Position numbers and translations under genes: made by a program. Positions 55,443 through 63,685 of a DNA stretch of 64,000 nucleotides are shown here, in pieces (the stretch's first letter is position 1; every line of letters starts with the position of its first letter). Source of the stretch: an uncultured bacterium (lineage in GTDB: Bacteria > Patescibacteriota > Dojkabacteria > J137); the NCBI GenBank assembly GCA_963700155.1, contig OY969472.1:517059-581058 (forward strand), written 5' to 3'. Under the pieces are notes generated by a model, which worked only from the letters and a program-made list of their open reading frames with translations, was not told the origin of the DNA and made no database searches.

Positions 55443-56014
55443 GGATACTTTATATATTCATCCTCTTTACTTTTTGGAAGATATTCAGAAACCTCAACAT
55501 GCCTACCATGAATCAATCTCATCAATGGATTAAATCCTATTTCCTCTCTTTCACCATAATCCAAATACTGAATCAAAATTTTAAAAATCTCCTTATCATC
55601 ACCATCATTAACAATTAGTGACACCCTCTTTACATAATTTGGATTTTCATCCTCTGCAACCTCAAGATTCAAAAATTTAGTATTTTCTTTCTCAGAAAAC
55701 CAAAAATGCTTTATATTTCTCCATCTAAAAAGCTTATTAAAACTTCGGATTCCAAGAGTAGTAATAGTATGCTCAACAATCTGTGGAGGGATTGCACCTT
55801 GAATAAACCATAAAAACACAAACGCAACAACAGCAACAATCAACACATATTCACTAACTAAAGCTAAAAGTCCGATTATGACAACAAAAAAGAAAGAATA
55901 TGAAACATACCACTGCTTTGTTTTTGGTGACCACATTCTTTCCGGAGACTCCCAAGTAAACAACTTAGTAAAAGGATTCTCAGGATCTATTTCTGTGAAT
56001 AATTTAGGTTTCAT
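55439..56014 (-). CDS. hypothetical membrane protein
   Basis: 191 aa, two TM segments followed by a soluble domain. Confidence 0.45.
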   Translation of the reverse strand: MKPKLFTEIDPENPFTKLFTWESPERMWSPKTKQWYVSYSFFFVVIIGLLALVSEYVLIVAVVAFVFLWFIQGAIPPQIVEHTITTLGIRSFNKLFRWRNIKHFWFSEKENTKFLNLEVAEDENPNYVKRVSLIVNDGDDKEIFKILIQYLDYGEREEIGFNPLMRLIHGRHVEVSEYLPKSKEDEYIKYP

Positions 56015-56070
56015 ACTTTTACAGTATACAGCAAGTAGAAAGTAGTTTACAGAATTAAACTCTTCAATTT

Positions 56071-57948
56071 TTATCCAAATGGAGATTTTAGTTTTATATT
56101 ATCTTCCTCTTTTTCCTTAGTCTTAGTTTTAACATCTTTAACTTCATTCTTTTTATGCTTTCTTTTCCTGACTCGTAAAATAATGAAGATCAAGATTATA
56201 GCGATAGGAACTGCTTCTATTATAGTTTTAACAACACTTCTTAAAGAATTATCAGGAACAATATTAAAGAGAAGAGAATCAATCCTTTGATCAATTGAAT
56301 AAGTAAAGAGGTTTATTGAACTAGTTGCATCTGAAAGAACCTGCCAGATAGAGGTATTTTTTGGATATTTTTGGATTAGGTCATCTTCAGTCATCGCATT
56401 CTTTGTCTTTGTTACAGCACTATCGGCAGGTTCTATATCATCTTCTCTTTGCGGAACATCCAAGCTCCCATAAAATGAAACTTCTGTTGAACTCGGAGTA
56501 TTTGGATCAACCGAAGCTACATGTGTATAAAAATGGTTTAAATCTCCTCCAATAACTGCAGGACCATTTTCACCCCAAGTTGTATCAACCGGAATCCATG
56601 AATTGATTCCAGGAACATAAACTTCTGCCCATTGGTGGTTTATTGTATTGTCCTGAGTTGAGAGATAATCAATTGCTGAATATGCGTGCCCAAAAGCTCC
56701 TCGGGCAGGAACTCCCATTGCACGCATCAATGCAATAAATAAATCCGAATATTCCATACAGACGCCTGAACCGTTTTGCAAAGTTGCTAATGCTCCTTGT
56801 CTTTGATTTAATCCGAACCTTTTAACATTGTCGTAGTCAATTTTATCTACAACAAATTTGTATGTTTTATCCACTAAATTATATACATTAGTCTCTGAAC
56901 CTTTGATAGTGTTTGCAGCTTGTTGGATCTGAATAGCTGCGCTTTCCCAGTATTTAGCATTTGCCAGATCTGTTTGAAATTCAGATTTATTAACATCAGA
57001 TAAATTTCCTGAGTCATTTGGATTTAACTTTAGATTCTGATCTAAAATTCCATATCCTTTAACTTCAATTGTTCCAGATGCATTTGAAGGGACTCTGAAT
57101 TCTGCAATTAAATTCCCATCAGAGTCTTCATAAACAGTTGTTGGTTCTGGATCTAACTTTGTGAAGTACACTTTTTGATTTATATGCCCCGATTTTATAT
57201 TTCTTGGCAGTATTATTTTATATGTATTATATGGGAATGGGATTGTTGTACTTGGTGTGTATGGCTGTTTTAAATCAAAAGAGTAGTATTGAGTTTTTCC
57301 GATTTGGATCCATCCAGTTTCTCCAACAAGCTGCTCCTGATTATAGTCTACGACCCAGAAATTATTTGATTTTTTTATTCCTACTTCCGGTGCAGTAAAG
57401 TTAATCTCGCCAAAATTCGTAGGAATTTTGGCTTCGGTAGTAACAGTTTCTTTAGAATTCCCACTTTCAAAGACATAATCTTTTGAAAAAGCTGGAATAT
57501 AAAAGTCTCGAATTGCTCCGCTTTTTATCAAAAGCCCATAAGAAATATAGCTTAGAGTAACTTTATATGAATTCCCATAGTTAATATTAGAAGGGAATCT
57601 TATAATAATTTGTAAGTTGTCACCTGAGGTTTTCTGTGATTCATAACTAAGCTTTATGCCATAGCTATCAATAATGCTAATAGAGTTCAATGTCTTTTGT
57701 AGTTTATTAGATTGCTTTGGGTCTCCTTTAAAAGGATTGAAAATTATGAATGATTCTTCGGTTCCTGCTGGTATGTACCATGAAGATTGAGTGATATTAA
57801 TCGTTTTGGTTTCAGTAACCTTAACTGAATCATCTTGAGCTTCATAAACTCTATCATATTGCTTATTAATTATCGCAGCTTTTACCTTTATAGAAAAAAA
57901 GGTAAGCATTACTGGAACAGCTAGAATTATGAAAAGATATTTTTTCAT
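56071..57948 (-). CDS. secreted, C-terminally anchored transglutaminase-like (Cys-His-Asp core) protein
   Basis: Signal peptide. GSGVCMEYSDLFIALMRAMGVPAR (Cys), HQWAEVY (His), PVDTTW (Asp). C-terminal TM plus a basic tail. Confidence 0.8.
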   Translation of the reverse strand: MKKYLFIILAVPVMLTFFSIKVKAAIINKQYDRVYEAQDDSVKVTETKTINITQSSWYIPAGTEESFIIFNPFKGDPKQSNKLQKTLNSISIIDSYGIKLSYESQKTSGDNLQIIIRFPSNINYGNSYKVTLSYISYGLLIKSGAIRDFYIPAFSKDYVFESGNSKETVTTEAKIPTNFGEINFTAPEVGIKKSNNFWVVDYNQEQLVGETGWIQIGKTQYYSFDLKQPYTPSTTIPFPYNTYKIILPRNIKSGHINQKVYFTKLDPEPTTVYEDSDGNLIAEFRVPSNASGTIEVKGYGILDQNLKLNPNDSGNLSDVNKSEFQTDLANAKYWESAAIQIQQAANTIKGSETNVYNLVDKTYKFVVDKIDYDNVKRFGLNQRQGALATLQNGSGVCMEYSDLFIALMRAMGVPARGAFGHAYSAIDYLSTQDNTINHQWAEVYVPGINSWIPVDTTWGENGPAVIGGDLNHFYTHVASVDPNTPSSTEVSFYGSLDVPQREDDIEPADSAVTKTKNAMTEDDLIQKYPKNTSIWQVLSDATSSINLFTYSIDQRIDSLLFNIVPDNSLRSVVKTIIEAVPIAIILIFIILRVRKRKHKKNEVKDVKTKTKEKEEDNIKLKSPFG

Positions 57949-58034
57949 CTGTTTATTATCTCATTAAATTATCCTGATAGACAATTATAAAGATAATTTG
58001 TTAACATCCATAGCAAAATAAGATTGATTTTATT

Positions 58035-58445
58035 ATGGAAGGAACAAAACTAACAAATCTTAAATCCGGATTGGTTCAAATAGAAAGATTTAATGATAGA
58101 CAAAGGATAATGTTTATAGAAAACCCAGATCTGTATAGATTTTTAATTAATGTTTGCCAAGATCAATATAAAAGAAAAGACACTATACGATATAAAGATG
58201 AAATAATTTATAGACATTACATTAAAGAAGCTGAGGTTAAATTATGGAGAGTATTGCGATTAATAGAAAATATTCCGAATATTGTAAATTTGAGAGATGA
58301 AGGAATAAAGCAAAGGGATCTTCTTGGAATGTACTTTTCTGAAGCAATTTTACCAATTTTATCTGAAATTAATCCTCTTGTTTTAGCATTTATATGTAGT
58401 AATAGAGAAGAACAAATGGAAAATGTTTTGCAAAAAGAAGCGTAA
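58035..58445 (+). CDS. hypothetical protein, member 1 of a tandem three-paralog family
   Basis: NPDLYRFLINVCQD and MYFSEAILPILSEINPLVLAFI match the two downstream ORFs. Confidence 0.5.
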   Translation: MEGTKLTNLKSGLVQIERFNDRQRIMFIENPDLYRFLINVCQDQYKRKDTIRYKDEIIYRHYIKEAEVKLWRVLRLIENIPNIVNLRDEGIKQRDLLGMYFSEAILPILSEINPLVLAFICSNREEQMENVLQKEA

Positions 58446-58507
58446 AAAGCAGGGAAGAAATTTTGCTTGAGGTGTTAATATTTAAATAGATTTATTAAGA
58501 AAATTTT

Positions 58508-58945
58508 ATGTCAGATACAAGAATGGATGAACAATGTCATGAGAATAGATTGAATTTAGGTCTAACGAATTTTAATGAGTTAAACTCAAATCAAAAGTCA
58601 TACTTAATTAAACATCCAGTTATTTACCAGCAGTTATCTACAATTTGTATCGATGCAGCTATGGGTAATATTGATGAGATTTTATCTATTGAATTCAGAA
58701 AAGCTGCACAAGTATTCGACAGGATTATTGATGCTATAGCTTTTCAATTTACATATATATACTCAAAATACAACCCTGGAGAAGAAAGCTTTGCAGATTT
58801 CTTTGATATAACAATAAGAGATATTCTTGTTAAAGGAAATATATCTCCAGAAGTAATAGAACTATTAAATAGTGACTCTGTATTGGAAAGAATAATTAAA
58901 GCTCTCGAAGATGAGAATCCTGGAACTCAAATTCCTGAGTGTTGA
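58508..58945 (+). CDS. hypothetical protein, member 2 of the tandem family
   Basis: KHPVIYQQLSTICIDA and DFFDITIRDILVKGNISPEVIELL. Confidence 0.5.
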   Translation: MSDTRMDEQCHENRLNLGLTNFNELNSNQKSYLIKHPVIYQQLSTICIDAAMGNIDEILSIEFRKAAQVFDRIIDAIAFQFTYIYSKYNPGEESFADFFDITIRDILVKGNISPEVIELLNSDSVLERIIKALEDENPGTQIPEC

Positions 58946-58999
58946 ATATAGCTAAGTATAAATGCTAATATCCCAGTATATTTGTAAAACAATTAAATT

Positions 59000-59440
59000 A
59001 TGGATAATTTTGATCTTGATTGGTTAAAAACAATAACTTTGGAATGGTTCTCATATACTTTGGAACAAAAAGCTTCATTTGTTAAAAATTTTAATTTATT
59101 TCAAGAGCTTTGTATTGACTGTATGCTTATGCATCAGAATCAGGTTAAGCAGTTCAGTGTAAATGAAGGTGAATCTTCAAGTTATTCAAGAGCAGCTGAT
59201 AAATTTAAAGATATTTATCTAAAGTGTAAGGATTTTATGTCTGAAAATAAAGTGTCCGATTATTCTTCACAAGATGAGTTCTATAGAAAGATTTCAAACT
59301 TTTTTGATGAATCGATACTTCCAATAATTCAAGACATTAATAATTTATATCCTGAAGTAGTGAGATTCTTACGTGATAATAATGTTGAAGAATCTATTGG
59401 TGTGAAATTTAATAAACAAAAAGTAAATCAGGAATCTTAA
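59000..59440 (+). CDS. hypothetical protein, member 3 of the tandem family
   Basis: KNFNLFQELCIDCM and NFFDESILPIIQDINNLYPEVVRFL. Confidence 0.5.
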   Translation: MDNFDLDWLKTITLEWFSYTLEQKASFVKNFNLFQELCIDCMLMHQNQVKQFSVNEGESSSYSRAADKFKDIYLKCKDFMSENKVSDYSSQDEFYRKISNFFDESILPIIQDINNLYPEVVRFLRDNNVEESIGVKFNKQKVNQES

Positions 59441-59562
59441 TACTCTCTATCTTTGTCAGAACTTTGTAAAAACTCTATGGTAAGATGTTACAGCCGGATT
59501 TTAAAAATGAGTATACTTGCTATAGAATAATCTCCGACATATAAATCTTAAACTAAGAGTTG

Positions 59563-61710
59563 ATGCTTGATCTAAAAATTCTCAATTCACCACAAAAAGA
59601 TGCGGTAGAAGCTACTGACGGTCCAGTATTAGTTTTGGCCGGCGCGGGAAGCGGTAAAACTAGAGTTTTGACTTATAGAATTGCCTATATTTTAGATTCA
59701 GGACTCGCCGGCCCTGATAATATATTGGCTATGACTTTCACAAATAAAGCAGCCGCAGAAATGAAAGAGAGAATAAAAGCTCTTTTAGAATCAACAGATA
59801 TGCAGTCGCCAATCTCAAATTTGTTCTGGATGGGAACTTTTCATTCAATCTGCGTAAAGATTTTAAAGATGAACGGTCAACTAGTAGGAATTGGACGAAA
59901 TTTTACAATTTATGATTCTGCAGATCAGGTTGTTGCAGTAAAAGAAGCAATGAAGCGATTAGATATATCAATCAAGGATTTTAATCCAAATGCTGTTCAT
60001 TCATATATTTCATCTGCGAAAAATGAGCTTGTTGATGCTGAAATGTACAATTCTTATGCACAAGGATATTTTCAACAGGTAGTTGCAAAGATATATCCTG
60101 TCTATCAAAAGGTTTTGAGGGAAAATAATGCGGTTGATTTTGATGATCTACTTTTTTATACAGTTCAGCTGTTTAGAGAAAATAAGAATATTTTAGAGTT
60201 TTACCAAGATAAGTTTAAATATATTTTAGTTGATGAATATCAGGATACTAATCACGCACAATATATTTTGATTAATATGTTAGCCGAAAAGTATAGAAAT
60301 ATCTGTTGTGTAGGGGACGATGATCAGAGTATCTATGCTTTCAGGGGTGCAACAATAAAAAATATTTTAAATTTTGAAAAAGATTATCCGGAATCAAAAG
60401 TAATAAAGTTAGAGCAGAACTATAGGTCTACTAAAAAGATTTTAGAAGCTTCGCATCAAGTCATTAGCAAGAATAAAGGTAGAAAAGAGAAAAAGCTTTG
60501 GACTGAAAATGATGATGGCGAACAAATAACTTTGTATACAGCATCAAATGAAATTAATGAGGCAAACTGGATTGTTAAAAAGATTATAGAATTGAGCAAA
60601 GATATGGATTTAAGTAATTTTGCAGTTTTATATAGAACAAATGCTCAGTCAAGAAGTTTAGAAGAAGCATTTATTCAAGAAGCTTTACCCTATAGAATTG
60701 TCGGAGGCCTTCGCTTTTATGACAGAAAAGAAATTAAAGACACTCTCTCTTATTTAAAAATTATTTATAACCCAAAAGATAATAAAAGCCTGGAACGTAT
60801 TATCAATGTTCCAAAGAGAGGGGTTGGTGATAAAACTGTTCAAGGTTTCGAAGCGAAGGCCTCCGAACAAAATAAAAGTGCAGTTGAATATCTTTTAGAA
60901 AACTCTGAAGAAATAACGAATACTGGACTCTTAAATTTTTCATTTATAATTCGAGATCTTTTTGAAAAATCCAAAGAATTAAATATTGTTGAACTTATTA
61001 ATTATATTCTTGAAAAAACAGGTTATATAAAAATGCTTGAAGATGGAACTTTAGAGAATGAATCCAGAATTGAAAATTTGAAGGAGCTTATCTCTGTAGC
61101 TTCGGCTTTTGAAGATGAAACACCGGAAGAAGGTTTAGAAAAATTCCTTGATGATGTAAGTCTTCTTGAAGGTGCAGGGGAAGAAGATGTTAATGCAAAA
61201 TCTAGTGTTACTTTGATGACAATTCATGCAGCAAAAGGTTTGGAATTTGAGTATGTTTTTGTAGTTGGAATGGAAGAAAACCTTTTCCCGCATTCGAATT
61301 CACTCATGGATAATAATGAGATGGAAGAAGAGCGAAGGTTAGCTTATGTTGCAATAACAAGAGCTAAAAAAAGATTGTTTTTGACCCATGCAGTAAAACG
61401 AAAATATTTTGGTATTAATCAAAATAATCCTATTTCCAGATTTATTGGTGATATTGATGATGAACTTTTAGAAAAAGATGCAGACTATATGTATGTTGGT
61501 CCAACTGAGGAATATACTTCAAAATCTTATGATGAATCTTATGAATGGATGGATGATCTTCATTTACAAACTGGTGATAAAGTAAAACATGAGTATTTTG
61601 GCAAGGGAACTGTAAAAAGAATTGATGGAACTAATGTTGTTATTGATTTTGGACCTGTTTATGGTGAAAAAGAATTAATGCTTGAATACGCCAAGCTTGA
61701 GAAAATATAA
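59563..61710 (+). CDS. pcrA: ATP-dependent DNA helicase PcrA/UvrD (SF1)
   Basis: AGAGSGKT, TFTNKAA, VDEYQDTN, GDDDQSIYAFRGA, YRS, TIHAAKGLEF, VAITRAK. Confidence 0.92.
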   Translation: MLDLKILNSPQKDAVEATDGPVLVLAGAGSGKTRVLTYRIAYILDSGLAGPDNILAMTFTNKAAAEMKERIKALLESTDMQSPISNLFWMGTFHSICVKILKMNGQLVGIGRNFTIYDSADQVVAVKEAMKRLDISIKDFNPNAVHSYISSAKNELVDAEMYNSYAQGYFQQVVAKIYPVYQKVLRENNAVDFDDLLFYTVQLFRENKNILEFYQDKFKYILVDEYQDTNHAQYILINMLAEKYRNICCVGDDDQSIYAFRGATIKNILNFEKDYPESKVIKLEQNYRSTKKILEASHQVISKNKGRKEKKLWTENDDGEQITLYTASNEINEANWIVKKIIELSKDMDLSNFAVLYRTNAQSRSLEEAFIQEALPYRIVGGLRFYDRKEIKDTLSYLKIIYNPKDNKSLERIINVPKRGVGDKTVQGFEAKASEQNKSAVEYLLENSEEITNTGLLNFSFIIRDLFEKSKELNIVELINYILEKTGYIKMLEDGTLENESRIENLKELISVASAFEDETPEEGLEKFLDDVSLLEGAGEEDVNAKSSVTLMTIHAAKGLEFEYVFVVGMEENLFPHSNSLMDNNEMEEERRLAYVAITRAKKRLFLTHAVKRKYFGINQNNPISRFIGDIDDELLEKDADYMYVGPTEEYTSKSYDESYEWMDDLHLQTGDKVKHEYFGKGTVKRIDGTNVVIDFGPVYGEKELMLEYAKLEKI
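59637..59713. repeat. 8-bp all-GC inverted repeat, 61-nt spacer, inside pcrA (Walker A region)
   Basis: GGCCGGCG (59637-59644) / CGCCGGCC (59706-59713). Confidence 0.85.
60701..60866. repeat. 16-bp perfect inverted repeat, 134-nt spacer, inside pcrA
   Basis: TCGGAGGCCTTCGCTT (60701-60716) / AAGCGAAGGCCTCCGA (60851-60866). Confidence 0.9.
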
Positions 61711-61755
61711 TAACTTCAAATTGATATAATTATCCATAGATAAAGGAGAAAAATA

Positions 61756-61971
61756 ATGACTGCAAAGCAGTTGACAACAATCTCTGGCTTAATTATAGCT
61801 GGTAGTGGTCTATATATGTTGATTTTGTGGGGCTCAATCCCATACTCAGCCTCAGCATTAATTGCAGGATTAGGATTACTTATAGGTGGGCTGATTATTA
61901 CATTTTTAGATCAGATCATTTGGATTCTAGTCAAAATCGGATTAATCGAGGATGATGAAGATTCTGAATGA
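61756..61971 (+). CDS. small two-TM membrane protein
   Basis: 71 aa. Strong SD (AAAGGAG) 8 nt upstream. Confidence 0.5.
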   Translation: MTAKQLTTISGLIIAGSGLYMLILWGSIPYSASALIAGLGLLIGGLIITFLDQIIWILVKIGLIEDDEDSE

Positions 61972-61986
61972 TATTTTGTTCCTTTA

Positions 61987-62010
61987 GGCGCTCCGATTTA
62001 TCGGAGCGCC
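61987..62010 (+). terminator. GC-rich hairpin after the 71-aa ORF (terminator-like, no clear U tract)
   Basis: GGCGCTCCGAT-TT-ATCGGAGCGCC, an 11-bp perfect stem 16 nt after the stop codon. Confidence 0.35.
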
Positions 62011-62095
62011 AGAACCCTATTGTTGTTAGATTTTGGCAGCAATTAATGATATAATGATTATAGACATTTTTTATTCATGTTCTTTGAGGTGTGTA

Positions 62096-62380
62096 ATGAT
62101 TCGACAGAGTATTGGGAAAGCTTTGGGTATGTTTGGGGCAGCAATGCTGCTGCTTCATTTACTCATAACAGCGATCCTGTTCAATGGTCAAGATGACCCA
62201 TTAGGACATCTTGACTTGTCAGGATGGGTAGGATTAATTCTGCCTGTCATTTTGTCGGTTGGTTTGATGATCTACTCAATCTATCTGGTTGAGTTTCATC
62301 AAACTCGAGTTCTAAATCATGATCATGTAACAAAAATCGACTTCGTGGTCAGGCATCGAACTCATCTGCACGTCAGATGA
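62096..62380 (+). CDS. small two-TM membrane protein with a His-rich C-terminal tail; locally elevated GC
   Basis: ATG preceded by GAGGTG. MIRQSIGKALGMFGAAMLLLHLL...HQTRVLNHDHVTKIDFVVRHRTHLHVR. Hand count is about 42% GC against about 30% in the surroundings. Confidence 0.45.
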   Translation: MIRQSIGKALGMFGAAMLLLHLLITAILFNGQDDPLGHLDLSGWVGLILPVILSVGLMIYSIYLVEFHQTRVLNHDHVTKIDFVVRHRTHLHVR

Positions 62381-62396
62381 GACATTGCTTGATCGA

Positions 62397-62458
62397 GGGC
62401 GCTCGCGAAAGAGCTTGGTGACCAAAAGTCCCAGGTGCGAGCGCCCGAAAGGCTTTTT
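62397..62458 (+). terminator. compound GC-rich stem plus short hairpin and T-run downstream of the His-rich ORF
   Basis: GGGCGCTCGC (62397-62406) pairs with GCGAGCGCCC (62437-62446), then GCCCGAAAGGC followed by TTTTTGT. Confidence 0.45.
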
Positions 62459-62774
62459 GTATTTAACACTCTTTGGACTTAAACCCCCTCATACCCACAA
62501 TATATTGAATAACCTATATAATGATGATATAATTAATTATACTTTTATTACCAGGAATGATTATATGTCGCCACTGGTAATTTGAGGATAGCGTAGTATT
62601 AAAAAATACTACAATTAAGATGTTGTGAGAATATCTGAAGATCTAAAGTCTAAAGATAAACATCTTAAAATTCTTTAAAGATAGCTGCAAATGCCTTGCT
62701 GTGGGATAAGATAATATATAAATGTTGTTTTATTCCATAGCAAGGTTAACCAGCTAAAATGCTAAAATAAAACT

Positions 62775-63437
62775 ATGCAATTTGATATATTAACTACATT
62801 CCCAAATTCGTTTTCATACTTCTCTGAAAGTATTATCAAGCGTGCTCAAGATAAAGATTTAATAAAATTAAAAATTCATGATTTAAGAAATTGGGCTACT
62901 GATAAACATAAAACAACAGACGATCATCCATTTGGAGGAAATCCTGGAATGTTGATGAAAATAGAACCAATCTATAAAGCATTAAAAGATTTAGGTGTTT
63001 ATCCTAAACATGATGAAAAAACTAAGGTTGTTTTAACAAGTGCTAAAGGTAATTTATGGAATCAGAAGGTGGCCGTAGATTATTCTAAAAAATTTGATCG
63101 ATTAGTTATAATCTGCGGCCACTATGAAGGCATTGACCATAGAGTAGAGCAATTTTTGATTGATGAAGAAATTTCGGTTGGTAATTATGTTCTTTCTGGA
63201 GGGGAAGTTCCTTCAATGATTATTGTTGATTCGATAACTAGATTAATTGATGGTGTTGTTGGTAATGAAGAGTCGATTGTTGATGAATCTCATTCTTCTG
63301 AACTTGGTGATACTGAATATCCTCAATATACAAGGCCTGCTTCTTTTACTACTGAAGAAGGTAAAACATGGTCAGTTCCAGATGTGCTTCTTTCTGGAAA
63401 TCACAAAGAAATAGAGAAGTGGAAAAAATCCCACTAA
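62775..63437 (+). CDS. trmD: tRNA (guanine37-N1)-methyltransferase TrmD
   Basis: FDILTTFP, GGNPGMLMKIEP, CGHYEGIDHRV, SVGNYVLSGGE. Not flanked by rpsP, rimM or rplS. Confidence 0.9.
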   Translation: MQFDILTTFPNSFSYFSESIIKRAQDKDLIKLKIHDLRNWATDKHKTTDDHPFGGNPGMLMKIEPIYKALKDLGVYPKHDEKTKVVLTSAKGNLWNQKVAVDYSKKFDRLVIICGHYEGIDHRVEQFLIDEEISVGNYVLSGGEVPSMIIVDSITRLIDGVVGNEESIVDESHSSELGDTEYPQYTRPASFTTEEGKTWSVPDVLLSGNHKEIEKWKKSH

Positions 63438-63502
63438 TTTAGATATCTATTTAAAATATACCTACGGCTTCATTTATATAATATCCACCTAGCGCCTATT
63501 AC

Positions 63503-63522
63503 GTTACGTAAATTTACGTAAC
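63503..63522. promoter_or_regulatory. 20-bp perfect palindrome made of two TTACGTAA palindromic octamers 10 bp apart (candidate operator)
   Basis: GTTACGTAAATTTACGTAAC, in the intergenic region between trmD and the next ORF. Confidence 0.35.
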
Positions 63523-63685
63523 ATACTGGTGATTAAGTTGAAAAGTATTGATATTGACTTTTATAGATATTCGTTCTGAATATCATTATCATTGTTAACT
63601 TCTTTAATCCTTTCCTAAATCGGATTTGCTTTATCTTACTTCAATATTCAAATGATATAATAAAAAATAAATTTTTGAGAAAAAC

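Noticed and set aside
62407-62446. CCAAAAGUCCCAGG resembles the RNase P RNA P4 motif GGAAAGUCCGGGC
   Set aside because: I found no matching 3' P4 strand (ACAGAAnCCGGCUUA-like). The surrounding sequence is too short and too AT-rich for an RNase P RNA. The stem is better explained as a terminator. Only a cmscan run could settle this.
62385-62585. 66-aa ORF downstream of the His-rich membrane protein
   Set aside because: It starts inside the GC-rich terminator stem, has no SD, and its translation runs through obviously non-coding AT-rich sequence. More likely it is untranslated or structured RNA.
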